From NCBI GenBank assembly GCA_900544545.1, contig UQVY01000003.1:10862-74861 (forward strand): a stretch of 64,000 nucleotides of DNA, in the 5' to 3' direction. This DNA is from an uncultured Eubacteriales bacterium (lineage in GTDB: Bacteria > Bacillota > Clostridia > Christensenellales > CAG-314). Position numbers and translations under genes: made by a program. This document shows, in pieces, positions 52,384 to 62,386 of this stretch (its first letter is position 1; the number at the start of each line of letters is the position of its first letter). The notes below the pieces were generated by a model. It ran no database searches, had not been told where the DNA came from, and worked only from the letters and a program-made list of their open reading frames with translations.

Positions 52384-52457
52384 TGTGGATAAGTGGATAA
52401 CTTTTGTGGATAACCTGTTGATAAAACCCGAAATTACGGTGGAAAACCTGTGGACAA
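52384..52457. promoter_or_regulatory. Cluster of five head-to-tail DnaA boxes
   Basis: TGTGGATAA at 52384-52392 and 52405-52413 is the perfect reverse complement of TTATCCACA. One-mismatch boxes: AGTGGATAA at 52392-52400, TGTTGATAA at 52416-52424 and TGTGGACAA at 52449-52457. Confidence 0.75.
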
Positions 52458-53156
52458 GTGCGAAAACGAGGCGATTTTAAAGCAAAATCACACGATTGCG
52501 CCTTTATACATATTTATAAACGGCAAAAAGCTAAAGAGCGCCGAGAGGTTTTTCGTTTAGGGGAATCCGGCCTCCGCGGCGAGTCGAAGCCTCGGACTTG
52601 CGGGCGGAAAAAAAGCGGAGAAGCTTCCGCGAACCTCGATTATTAAAGTAACAAACTACTTTTCTGCCCGATTAACGCATAATCCGCGCTTTAATCGGTG
52701 ATAAGCCTAAAAATAAGCAACTGCATATCGGATTTTCTTTTTGTTTCTTCCCGTGAAACGGTCGGACTTCGGGAATTTGATTTTAAATAAAAATACATAA
52801 AATGAATAAAAATTCCAAATAAAAAACGTCCGGAGGTTCGGGAAGCCGATTTTTTCGGAAAAAGGGGCATAGGCTCGGAGAAAATTTGAAAAACGGCTTA
52901 TTTAAAACGTTTTTTTCGGAAACGCCTGTCCCGAAACCGTAAAGAATATAAAAAATCCCTTCGTCCGCAATAATCGGGCGCAAAAGCGACTCTCCAATAG
53001 ATATCCAAAAAAGAAGGGAAAATTCGGATTTTCGCTGAAAAATATTCGGATAATATGGAGTTTTTCCGAAAAAATAAAGATATCCGAGTTAACGCAAGGT
53101 TTACTGAGGGTTAATTCTGCGTTCAAAAAAAAGACGAAAGAAAAAGTAATATTTTC

Positions 53157-53185
53157 TTGACATATGGGCTGAAGTATGCTAAAAT
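53157..53185 (+). promoter_or_regulatory. Near-consensus sigma-A promoter of the ABC operon
   Basis: TTGACA, 17 nt, TGc-TAAAAT. Followed by a leader of about 240 nt before ATG 53429. Confidence 0.7.
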
Positions 53186-53428
53186 GATAAAAAACCAAAA
53201 AGGAGATGCCCCGTCCGAGGGCGCCGGAGTACGGTTTTTTCGCGGCGGAGAGGCTTTTTTTAAGCCTGAGCGAGTCCGCGGAGTATGATTTGCGAAATCC
53301 GTTGATAACTGTCTAAAGCAATATAGCGATGACGGAATCGACGGCGGTTCCCTATAAGGATATTAGGAGAGTACGCTCTTCAATATTATAAAAATTATGG
53401 CTACAAGCCAAAAACAGGAGGAACTCTT

Positions 53429-55951
53429 ATGCAGAAAAACACATTAAAGCTCGTGTTGTTACTCGTGCTTTGCCTTGCGTTGGTTTTCGTGTTGGCAGGA
53501 TGTCCGAACACTCCCGATCCCGGTCCGACACCCCCCGGTCCCGGTCCTGGTCCCGATCCCGGTCCCGGTCCCGACCCGCAGCCGCCGACGGATAAGTCTT
53601 ATACTTACACCGACAGCGTATCGACGATGGCTTCCAACTGGAACAACCACATTTACGAGTCCAACGATGACAGCTATCCTATCAGCTTTATCTCCACCGG
53701 TTTCTATGACGTAGTTTTCGCTGACGATACTTACACCAGTTACGAAATAGTTCCCGCTATGGCTGCTTCTTATCCCGTTGACGTTACCAGCGAGTACGTC
53801 GGCGAAAAGTGGGGCATCACCGAGAACGATCAGTATCGTGCCTGGAAGATCGAGCTTAATCCCAACGCTTGCTGGGAAAACGGCGTAAAGATCGACGCTG
53901 AAACCTATCTCTATTCCATCAAGGCTCTCTTCGATCCTCAGAGAATCAACTACAGAGCCGCTGACTGGATGGGCGATACTTCCGACTTCTCCATTAAGGG
54001 CGGTTACGAATACTTCTGGTCGGACAGAACCGAACAGCAGTGCGTCTATTACGCTGAAAACAAGAAGGAAATGACTCCCGAAAACACCGATATGTACCTT
54101 GACGTTGCTTATGCCGGATTCTTCCTCGGTGACAGCATGAAGAACTTCTATGAAGGCGGATACGCTGACTACTTCACCATTACTTATAACGGTGAAACCT
54201 ATGACTTCTACGCTAAATACGCAGAACAGGGCGAAGTTAAGGTTACCGAAGAAATCATCGGCGAGCTCCTTGCTCTTTCCCAGAACTTCGGCGACAGCAG
54301 CGAAATTGCTTGGCAGGAATGGGTTTATTGGTATTACGCTCACCCGCACGCTACCTTCGAGGACGTAGGCGTTATCAAGAACGGCGATTATTCCATCACC
54401 TTCATTCTTTCCAAGTCCCTCGGCGGTAAGACCGGCGACACTTACGCGGAATGCGAAGACGCTTTCTATCTTCTTTATAACCTTTCCGGTAACTTCCTTG
54501 TTTACCCCGAATATTACGAGAAATACGGTAAGTTCGAAGGCGACAACAAGGTTTACTCCAGCACCTATAACACCAGTGTTGAAACCACTATGTCTTACGG
54601 TCCTTATAAGCTCACAAAGTACACCAGAGACGCTTATATGGAATACGAAAGAAACGATAAGTGGTACGGTTACAGCGTAGACGCCTACAAGGGTATGTAC
54701 CAGACCTCCAAGATCACCACCAGAGTCGTTAAAGAATCCGAAACCGCAAAGCTTATGTTCCTCAAGGGACAGCTTATGGCTTACGGTCTCCAGACAGACG
54801 ACTTCGACGAGTACAGATACTCCAGATACGCTTACTTCACTCCTTCGGATTCTATCTTCTTCATGGTTCTTTCCGGACACAAGGATATCCTTAAGAGAGA
54901 AGACGACACCACCAATAAGTCCATGATCCTCAACACCAACTTCAGGAAGGGTATGGCTCTTATCTACGATAAGGATCAGTTCTGCGCTGCTACCAACCCC
55001 GCACAGACCGCTGCTTTCGGTATCTTCGGCAACACCTACGTTGTAGATCCTGCAACCGGTGAAACCTACAGATCCACCGACGCCGCTAAGAAGGTTCTTT
55101 GCGAATACTACGGCGTTAAGTACGGCGAAGGCGAGCTTTACGAAACCCTTGACGAAGCAGTTGCTTCCATCACCGGTTACGACGCAAAACTTGCTAAAGA
55201 ATATCTCCTTAAAGCATACGAAGAAGAAGTTGCTGCCGGCAACCTCAAGGAAGGTCAGACCATCGTTATCGATTACTCCGCATCTACCGTATCCGCAAGA
55301 ATGCAGATGATCGTTAACTACATGACCGAAAAGGTTGACGAAGTAGTTAAGGGCACCGCTCTCGAAGGCAGAATCAAGTTCACGATTTCTTCGGCAGTCG
55401 GCGGACAGTGGTCCACCTACATCAAGAACGGTACCAGAGACGTTTGCCTCTGCGGTTGGACCGGAGCGAGAATGAATCCGTTCGGACTCGTTGACCTTTA
55501 CGTTAACCCCAACAGAGCTTACGACGCAGCTTGGTATGACGGATCTCAGCAGTCTCTTACCATCGACCTCAGCGATTACGAAGACGGTAAGTACGGCGAA
55601 ATCACCCTTACCCTTAAACAGTGGTCCGACGCTCTTCAGGGCGGCAACGTTAAGGATAAAGAAGGTAACACCTACAACTTCGGCGCAAACAGGGCTGAAA
55701 AGGATACCCGTGTTTACATTCTTTCCAGATGCGAACTCGCTATCCTCGGAACCGGTTCTTACATCCCGATGATGCAGGACGCAAGCCTTGCTCTTCGTTC
55801 CGCAAAGGCTCACTTCATCACCGATACTTATAATCCGATGCTCGGTTACGGCGGAATCGCTTACCTTGTATACGATTATGACGACGCAGCATGGGATGAA
55901 TTCGTTAAAGCTAACAACAGCGACCTTAAGGACGTTTATAAGGCAGCTTAA
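53429..55951 (+). CDS. Oversized (840 aa) family-5 (Opp/Dpp-type) ABC substrate-binding lipoprotein
   Basis: AGGAGG RBS. Lipobox VLAGC-PN. Pro/Gly linker PDPGPTPPGPGPGPDPGPGPDPQPP. WENGVKIDAETYLYSIKALFDP is a family-5-like motif. Confidence 0.85.
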   Translation: MQKNTLKLVLLLVLCLALVFVLAGCPNTPDPGPTPPGPGPGPDPGPGPDPQPPTDKSYTYTDSVSTMASNWNNHIYESNDDSYPISFISTGFYDVVFADDTYTSYEIVPAMAASYPVDVTSEYVGEKWGITENDQYRAWKIELNPNACWENGVKIDAETYLYSIKALFDPQRINYRAADWMGDTSDFSIKGGYEYFWSDRTEQQCVYYAENKKEMTPENTDMYLDVAYAGFFLGDSMKNFYEGGYADYFTITYNGETYDFYAKYAEQGEVKVTEEIIGELLALSQNFGDSSEIAWQEWVYWYYAHPHATFEDVGVIKNGDYSITFILSKSLGGKTGDTYAECEDAFYLLYNLSGNFLVYPEYYEKYGKFEGDNKVYSSTYNTSVETTMSYGPYKLTKYTRDAYMEYERNDKWYGYSVDAYKGMYQTSKITTRVVKESETAKLMFLKGQLMAYGLQTDDFDEYRYSRYAYFTPSDSIFFMVLSGHKDILKREDDTTNKSMILNTNFRKGMALIYDKDQFCAATNPAQTAAFGIFGNTYVVDPATGETYRSTDAAKKVLCEYYGVKYGEGELYETLDEAVASITGYDAKLAKEYLLKAYEEEVAAGNLKEGQTIVIDYSASTVSARMQMIVNYMTEKVDEVVKGTALEGRIKFTISSAVGGQWSTYIKNGTRDVCLCGWTGARMNPFGLVDLYVNPNRAYDAAWYDGSQQSLTIDLSDYEDGKYGEITLTLKQWSDALQGGNVKDKEGNTYNFGANRAEKDTRVYILSRCELAILGTGSYIPMMQDASLALRSAKAHFITDTYNPMLGYGGIAYLVYDYDDAAWDEFVKANNSDLKDVYKAA

Positions 55952-55998
55952 CGACTGAATAAGTCCGATTGTTTAAGTTTTATACTTAAATAAATTAC

Positions 55999-56030
55999 CC
56001 GGAGATTCCGATTCGGTTCGGGATCTCCGG
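55999..56030 (+). terminator. Intra-operon hairpin between the SBP and permease genes (partial terminator / processing site)
   Basis: ccggagat...atctccgg stem with an internal tccga/tcgg region, followed by AAATTTT. Confidence 0.45.
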
Positions 56031-56077
56031 AAATTTTACTTGAATTGGCTGCGTAGTTCAGTCAACCCGGAGAAACT

Positions 56078-57055
56078 ATGAAATACTTTTTAAAACGATT
56101 GGCATTGATGGTATTCGTTACGGCGGTTATCTTCCTGATCTGCTTCGTGCTGATCAGAGCGTTACCGCTCAGACCGATATCCGAATCGGCTACGCCTGAA
56201 CAGAAGACGCTTATCATTCTTAACAGGCAGAGAATGGGCTGGACCGACGAAAAAGGTAATAAGTTGCCCATTTTTCAGCAGCTCGGACCGTATCTCAAAC
56301 AAATATTTACCGAATGGAGATGGGGTGAGAGCGAAGTTTCATACAAAGGTTACGACGCAACGGAAGTCGTAGGCGAAAAGCTTCCGAACACGATGTACGT
56401 CAATCTTCTTTCGATTATACTCAGTATTCCTATCGGTATACTGTTAGGTATATATGCGGCACTTAAAAAGAACACGTGGATCGACCACCTTATCAGCACG
56501 GGCGTAATGATCTTCATATCGGTTCCGAGTTTCGTATACGCGTTCCTTGTGCAGAATCTTTTCTGTTATCAGTGGAAGATATTCGAGAGTCCGCTGATGG
56601 ATCTGAGCGTTCCGCTTCTTTCCTGGAAGTGCTTCGTTTCGGTAATAATGCCGATAATCGCGTTGTCTTTCGGAACGGTAGCGGGCTTCACGCGAGTCAC
56701 GAGAGCGGAGCTTACGGAGGTTCTGACGAGCGACTTTATGCTTCTTGCGAGAACCAAAGGACTTACCAAAGCGCAGGCGGTTATGAGACACGGTATGAGA
56801 AACTGTATGATCATAATTCTTCCCGCTATTTTCGGTCAGTTCATCGGAATAATGGGCGGCTCGATGATTATTGAGAATATTTTCTCGATTCCCGGCGTCG
56901 GCGGACTTTACCTCAACTCGATTCAGAACACGGACTACAACTACTTTATGTACATTTCGATGTTCTACACCGTTATCGGTCTGTTATCGGGTATAGTCGT
57001 CGATATAAGCTACGGATTCATTGATCCTAGAGTAAGGATGGGTTCAAGAAAATGA
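56078..57055 (+). CDS. oppB: ABC permease, OppB/DppB type
   Basis: MKYFLKRLALMVF N-terminus. EAA-loop region LARTKGLTKAQAVMRHGMRN. 325 aa (normal size). Confidence 0.88.
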   Translation: MKYFLKRLALMVFVTAVIFLICFVLIRALPLRPISESATPEQKTLIILNRQRMGWTDEKGNKLPIFQQLGPYLKQIFTEWRWGESEVSYKGYDATEVVGEKLPNTMYVNLLSIILSIPIGILLGIYAALKKNTWIDHLISTGVMIFISVPSFVYAFLVQNLFCYQWKIFESPLMDLSVPLLSWKCFVSVIMPIIALSFGTVAGFTRVTRAELTEVLTSDFMLLARTKGLTKAQAVMRHGMRNCMIIILPAIFGQFIGIMGGSMIIENIFSIPGVGGLYLNSIQNTDYNYFMYISMFYTVIGLLSGIVVDISYGFIDPRVRMGSRK

Positions 57056-58776
57056 GAAAGACTAATATTGACATTAATAATATACCGGCGGAGAAGTTTG
57101 CTTTCGCGACCGAAGGCGTTTCTTTGCACGATACGAAGCTTAAAACCAAGCCGCGCAGCTATATGAAAGACGCGTGGACGAGATTTAAGAAGAATAAATC
57201 GTCCGTTGCGGCTGCGATCATTATCGGATTCCTTATTCTGTATTCGATAATCGTCCCCGTCGTATCGCCCTATTCTCTCGCGGATACCGACCTTTACTAC
57301 AAGAACCTTCCCGCTTACACGGTAGGCAGCGAATGGCTCGCGGACGGAGCTAAGGTCGAAACCGTCAACGAACAGAGATACTTCACCTACAAGTTGTGGG
57401 AAAAAGAAACCGGCGACACCATCATCAACAAAGTTCTGGATATTTACGATACCACCAATCAGGACGGCAACACCGAAACGATGTACAAAATCAGACTCAA
57501 TCAGTACACCAAAATCGGTATTTATACTTGGTCGTTCTCGGTTGACGATTTCATAAAGATGCAGAAATGGCAGGATGAAACGGGTATTCAGCTGATTTAT
57601 CCCATGACGAATACCGATACCGCAACCCTCGGTTTCGATATCACGAAGGAAACCGTCGCGACTTTCGCCCCCAACTACTACTATAAGATAAACAAGACCG
57701 GCTTCGCTCTCGACGCGGACGGAAATATCATCAAGCCCGAAATCGACAAGGAAGGCAACGTTCTTAATTACGACGCGATTCAGACCATTTACAGACCGTA
57801 TTCGGCGAGAAGAGTCATGAACATCAAGACTACCGTTACCGAAGTGGACGAAAACGGCAATACCGTCGAGAAAGAAGTACAAAAGAGCGTTTATCAGGGC
57901 GATCTTTATCAGAGTAAATTCGGAAGGAACGAAGACGGAACCTACGACTACGAATATTACAGAACGACCGGTTCGGCTACCAACCCCAAGGACGGTACTC
58001 CGGAAATGGTCGCCTGCAGAATCAAATATTCCGCGTACTTCCAGTACACCAAGGGCTATACGCCTTACTTCCTTTTCGGTACCGAAATCAACGGCCGCGA
58101 TATTTTCACGAGTATCGCAATCGGCGCGCGTTTCTCGCTTCTTCTTGCGGTATGCGTATCCTTCATTAACTTCGTAATCGGTATGATTTACGGTTCGATC
58201 GAAGGTTATTACGGCGGCGCCGTCGACCTTACCCTCGAAAGAATTTCGGATATTCTCTCGGGCGTACCTTTCACGGTCGTCGTTTCGCTGCTGACTTTCT
58301 ATGCGGCAAGTCCGGAGATTCCCTGGAATCCGGCGCCTATCGTAATGCTTGTCATCGCGTTCATAGCGACGGGCTGGATAGGAACGGCTTCGCTCGTCAG
58401 AAAACAGTTCTACAGATTCAAAGGACAGGAGTACGTAACCGTTGCGAAATCGCTGGGCGCGAAGGACACGAGAATTATGTTCAAGCATATTCTTCCCAAC
58501 TCCCTCGGCACCATCGTTACGTCCACCGCTCTTATGATTCCGGGCGTCATTTCTTCGGAAACGATGCTTACCTACCTCAACATTATCAACCTTAACAGCA
58601 ATACGGTCACTACGGTCGGTATTATGCTCAGTGAGGCGAACTCGACCTTCAGCAGCGCGCCGCACGCAATGATAATTCCTTCGCTGTATCTTGCGCTGAT
58701 GCTCATTTCGTTCAACCTCTTCGGTAACGGTCTGAGAGATGCGTTCAACCCGTCACTCAGAGGCTCGGAGGATTAA
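57052..58776 (+). CDS. oppC: ABC permease, OppC/DppC type, with about 270-aa extracytoplasmic insertion after TM1
   Basis: ATGA overlap with oppB. TM1 at aa 50-70. The canonical FGTEINGRDIFTSIAIGARFSL appears only at aa ~341. EAA region VAKSLGAKDTRIMFKHILPN. 574 aa. Confidence 0.85.
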   Translation: MRKTNIDINNIPAEKFAFATEGVSLHDTKLKTKPRSYMKDAWTRFKKNKSSVAAAIIIGFLILYSIIVPVVSPYSLADTDLYYKNLPAYTVGSEWLADGAKVETVNEQRYFTYKLWEKETGDTIINKVLDIYDTTNQDGNTETMYKIRLNQYTKIGIYTWSFSVDDFIKMQKWQDETGIQLIYPMTNTDTATLGFDITKETVATFAPNYYYKINKTGFALDADGNIIKPEIDKEGNVLNYDAIQTIYRPYSARRVMNIKTTVTEVDENGNTVEKEVQKSVYQGDLYQSKFGRNEDGTYDYEYYRTTGSATNPKDGTPEMVACRIKYSAYFQYTKGYTPYFLFGTEINGRDIFTSIAIGARFSLLLAVCVSFINFVIGMIYGSIEGYYGGAVDLTLERISDILSGVPFTVVVSLLTFYAASPEIPWNPAPIVMLVIAFIATGWIGTASLVRKQFYRFKGQEYVTVAKSLGAKDTRIMFKHILPNSLGTIVTSTALMIPGVISSETMLTYLNIINLNSNTVTTVGIMLSEANSTFSSAPHAMIIPSLYLALMLISFNLFGNGLRDAFNPSLRGSED

Positions 58777-58779
58777 AAA

Positions 58780-60939
58780 ATGAAAAAACTTGAAGTTAAC
58801 AATCTTAAAATATCCTTCAGAACCGGTAACGGAAAGGTTCAGGCAGTAAGAGACATCAGTTTCGACCTCGAAGAAGGCGAAACCCTCTGCATAGTAGGCG
58901 AGTCCGGCTCGGGTAAATCCGTTTCGGTCAGAGCAATTCTCGGAATTCTCGCTAACAACGCGATCGTCGAAGGCGGCGAGATATTCTACGACGGTAAAGA
59001 CCTTCTTAAAATCGACGAGGAAGACTTCCACAAGATCAGAGGCGACAAAATCGCGATGATTTTCCAGGATCCTCTTTCCTCCCTCAACCCCGTCGTTCGT
59101 ATCGGTAAACAGCTTACCGAAGCGATGATTCTTAAAAACAAGGTCAACAGAAAGAACTGCAGACACGATTTCAACAGCAAGATCAACGCTCTTCTTCACT
59201 GCACGAACCAGAGCGACGCTTATCGCGGAAACAGTCAGAAAGCCGAGTACAACAAGAAACTCGTAGAAAAGTTCAAGAAGTTCGAAGTCGCTCACGCAAA
59301 GATGGAGAGCGAGTACAACGTTGCTCTCGACTCCGCGCGCGAAGCTTACGAAAACATCAAGGACCTTCTCATAAGTATCCCCAAAAAGGCGATCGATAAA
59401 AAGGAAGTTGCCAGACAGCTCGTTTATATAATGAGGTTCATAAGGCATTCCGAAAACGAGTTCGTCGTCAAGGATATGAAGAGGCTCAACGAGCTTTGCG
59501 ACGAAATCAAGTCTAAGAAGGGCGAGCAGAATACGGACGTGCTTATCGAGCCTCTTACTCAGATAAGCGAAATTCTGAAGGCTGCCGTCGACGCGACGAG
59601 ACCGGACTTCTTCGCTCTCGGTTATTACGTAACCTTCGAATCGGAGGGCGCGATTCCCGCATACAAGACGGTCGAGGAGCTTAACAACATCACGACTCAG
59701 GCGCTCAGCCAGAAATTCCTTCAGGAATTCGTTTCCGTTTTCCAGAACGGTATCGGCTATTCCTTCAAAAACTCCATCGAAACGAAGAAAGTCGTGCTTC
59801 AGAAGCTCGGTCCTCTTCAGGAGAAATTCGTCGCCGCTTCCACTAAGGGCGAAAAGAAAAAGATCGCCGCGGAAATGATCAGGGAAGTCGAATCTTCCAT
59901 CGACAGGCTCGAAATCGAAAAGGACAGCCGTACCTATACCTTCAGAACGAGTATTCTTTCGGCTATCGACAGGTATTACTTCTCCATCAAGAAGAATGTC
60001 AAGGAGCAGAAGAGATACGAACGTCAGTCCGCAAGACGCGACCGTCTTACCGCAAAGGGCAGGACTCTCGACTGGGTTGTGGTCGATCCCGATATCGCCG
60101 ACCTCGACGAGCTTATGGAGAATATGAACCGCGTCGTCGAGCAGATCAAGGAGCATCTCGCTACTCAGATCGAACACGCGTCCGAGATTAATTCGACCGA
60201 GAAGATGATTACTCTTATCGACTTCCTCAAGGACAAATGCTCGGGTATGGTTTACAGAGTGTCCAAGATTGCCGCTAAGAACAAGGCTATCAAGCTTATG
60301 GAAGAGGTCGGTATTCCCAATCCGAGGAAGCGTTACAGACAGTATCCGTTCGAATTCTCCGGCGGTATGAGACAGAGAATAGTCATAGCTATCGCTCTTT
60401 CCGCAAATCCCGACATTCTTATCTGCGACGAACCTACGACGGCTCTCGACGTTACGATTCAGTCCCAGATTCTCGAACTCATCAACAAACTTAAAGTCGA
60501 ACGTAACCTTTCTATCATATTCATAACGCACGACCTCGGCGTCGTCGCGAATATGGCTGACCGTATAGCCGTTATGTACGCGGGTAAAATCGTCGAAACG
60601 GGAACGTCCGAGGACGTTTTCTACGATCCGAGACACCCCTACACGTGGGCTTTGCTTTCGTCGATGCCCGACCTCGATACGGACGAGAAACTGGAATCCA
60701 TTCCGGGTACGCCTCCGAATATGATTTATCCGCCCAAGGGCGACGCTTTTGCAGAAAGAAACAGGTACGCGCTGAAGATCGATTTCGAGGAACAGCCGCC
60801 TATGTTCAAGATAAGCGATACGCATTACGCCGCAACGTGGCTTCTTCACCCCAACGCGCCCAAGATCGATCCGCCTAAGATAGTTACGGAGAGAATTGCC
60901 CGTTCGAAACAAAAAGAAGGAGAAAAGGCTAATGGATAA
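58780..60939 (+). CDS. oppD: ABC ATPase, OppD type, with about 370-aa insertion inside the nucleotide-binding domain
   Basis: Walker A GESGSGKS (aa 41-48), [14 protein letters not shown] (aa 91-104), signature FSGGMRQR (aa ~526), Walker [14 protein letters not shown]-loop FITHDLG, Opp C-terminal domain HPYTWALL. Confidence 0.88.
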   Translation: MKKLEVNNLKISFRTGNGKVQAVRDISFDLEEGETLCIVGESGSGKSVSVRAILGILANNAIVEGGEIFYDGKDLLKIDEEDFHKIRGDKIAMIFQDPLSSLNPVVRIGKQLTEAMILKNKVNRKNCRHDFNSKINALLHCTNQSDAYRGNSQKAEYNKKLVEKFKKFEVAHAKMESEYNVALDSAREAYENIKDLLISIPKKAIDKKEVARQLVYIMRFIRHSENEFVVKDMKRLNELCDEIKSKKGEQNTDVLIEPLTQISEILKAAVDATRPDFFALGYYVTFESEGAIPAYKTVEELNNITTQALSQKFLQEFVSVFQNGIGYSFKNSIETKKVVLQKLGPLQEKFVAASTKGEKKKIAAEMIREVESSIDRLEIEKDSRTYTFRTSILSAIDRYYFSIKKNVKEQKRYERQSARRDRLTAKGRTLDWVVVDPDIADLDELMENMNRVVEQIKEHLATQIEHASEINSTEKMITLIDFLKDKCSGMVYRVSKIAAKNKAIKLMEEVGIPNPRKRYRQYPFEFSGGMRQRIVIAIALSANPDILICDEPTTALDVTIQSQILELINKLKVERNLSIIFITHDLGVVANMADRIAVMYAGKIVETGTSEDVFYDPRHPYTWALLSSMPDLDTDEKLESIPGTPPNMIYPPKGDAFAERNRYALKIDFEEQPPMFKISDTHYAATWLLHPNAPKIDPPKIVTERIARSKQKEGEKANG

Positions 60940-62386
60940 CAATAATAGAGAGGTTTTGCTTAAAGTCGAACATCTTGCGCAGTATTTCAAAAGCGGTCCC
61001 AGTTTCGAAACCAAGGCAGTAGACGACGTTAGCTTCGAGATTTATAAAGGCGAAGTTTTCGGTCTCGTAGGCGAATCCGGATGCGGAAAAACCACCACCG
61101 GACGAACCATAATGAAGCTTTACGACGCAACCAAGGGTAACGTCTATTTCAAGGGCGAAAGAATAGTCGCAGGACTGAGGAATTACAAGGAAAACATAGA
61201 CGCGGCGAAAATCGACCTTGCAAAGTTCATTACCGAGCATAAGGACGACACGGCTGCGATTTCCGCGGAAACCGAAAGAGTCAATGCCTATATCGCCGAG
61301 CAGAAAAAGGAAATGGAGCTTGCAAAGCACGACCATAAGTACTGCGACAAAGACCATTCCCGTAGGCTCGTGGCGGCTCTCGAAAAAGAAAAGGAAGAGA
61401 AGCTCGCCGAGGCTGCGAAGGGCGGCTATACCGCTAAACTTATGAGGGATCTCGAAGCCGCTCATAAGGAAAAACTCGAAAAGGAAAACAGAAGATACGA
61501 GTCGGAAATGGCTTCCGTCAATCCGAATAAAGCTGCTACGAGCCTCGTCGAAGAGCTTAAAGCGAAACACGAGGAAATCGTTCGCGTAGAAGAGCTGCAT
61601 TTCAAAAAGAAAGCGGAAGAAATCAAGAACAACGATCCGAGCGTCCTCATTACGAAGGATTACGCGGACAAGATTCGTGTCGCTAAAAGAGAAAGACTCA
61701 TCAACGAGATTCAGATGATCTTCCAGGATCCTATCGCTTCGCTCGACCCCCGTATGACCGTCCGCGACATCATCGCCGAAGGACTCATCATCAAAGGAAT
61801 CAAGGATAAGAAGTATATCGACGAGCAGGTCTACGAATATCTCGAAAAGGTCGGTCTCGTTCGCGAACACGCGGGACGTTATCCGCACGAATTCTCCGGC
61901 GGTCAGCGTCAGAGAATCGGTATCGCGAGAGCTATGATTATGCGTCCCGAACTTATCATTGCGGACGAACCCATAAGCGCGCTCGATGTTTCCATTCAGG
62001 CTCAGGTCATCAACCTTCTTAACGACCTCAGAGAAGAACTCGGTCTTACCATTCTTTTCATAGCTCACGACCTTTCGGTAGTCAAGTATTTCTCCGACAG
62101 AATCGGCGTTATGTACTACGGAAATATGGTTGAAATGGCGGATTCCGAAGAGCTTTTCGCTCACCCGATGCACCCGTACACGAAGTCGCTGCTTTCGGCG
62201 ATTCCGCTTCCCGATCCCAACTACGAACGCAGAAGAGTCAGAGTTCCTTATAACGCCGTTCAGGCTCACGATTACAGATTCGATAAACCCTCCTTCAAAG
62301 AAATCGCTCCCGGCCATTGGGTTAAAGCCAACGACGCGGAATTCGAGAAGATGAAGAAGGAGTACGTCGAACAGAGCAAGAAATGA
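60932..62386 (+). CDS. oppF: ABC ATPase, OppF type, with about 170-aa charged helical insertion
   Basis: GAAGGAG RBS. ATG 60932 overlaps the oppD end by 8 nt. Walker A GESGCGKT (aa 48-55), Q-loop [13 protein letters not shown] only at aa 261, [27 protein letters not shown]. Confidence 0.88.
   Translation: MDNNNREVLLKVEHLAQYFKSGPSFETKAVDDVSFEIYKGEVFGLVGESGCGKTTTGRTIMKLYDATKGNVYFKGERIVAGLRNYKENIDAAKIDLAKFITEHKDDTAAISAETERVNAYIAEQKKEMELAKHDHKYCDKDHSRRLVAALEKEKEEKLAEAAKGGYTAKLMRDLEAAHKEKLEKENRRYESEMASVNPNKAATSLVEELKAKHEEIVRVEELHFKKKAEEIKNNDPSVLITKDYADKIRVAKRERLINEIQMIFQDPIASLDPRMTVRDIIAEGLIIKGIKDKKYIDEQVYEYLEKVGLVREHAGRYPHEFSGGQRQRIGIARAMIMRPELIIADEPISALDVSIQAQVINLLNDLREELGLTILFIAHDLSVVKYFSDRIGVMYYGNMVEMADSEELFAHPMHPYTKSLLSAIPLPDPNYERRRVRVPYNAVQAHDYRFDKPSFKEIAPGHWVKANDAEFEKMKKEYVEQSKK

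Noticed and set aside
52384-52830. The DnaA-box cluster plus AT-rich tract interpreted as the chromosomal origin oriC
   Set aside because: Genes on both sides run in the same (+) direction, with no strand switch. No dnaA, dnaN or recF is adjacent. I kept it as a DnaA-box cluster of unknown role; only whole-genome skew data can settle it.
52458-53198. Small ORFs in the 1.1-kb gap (52458-52646 +, 52783-52983 -, 52902-53198 -), including the idea of an Sda-like checkpoint peptide downstream of the DnaA boxes
   Set aside because: None has a convincing SD or start context, and the sequences are basic or low-complexity. I have no support beyond position.
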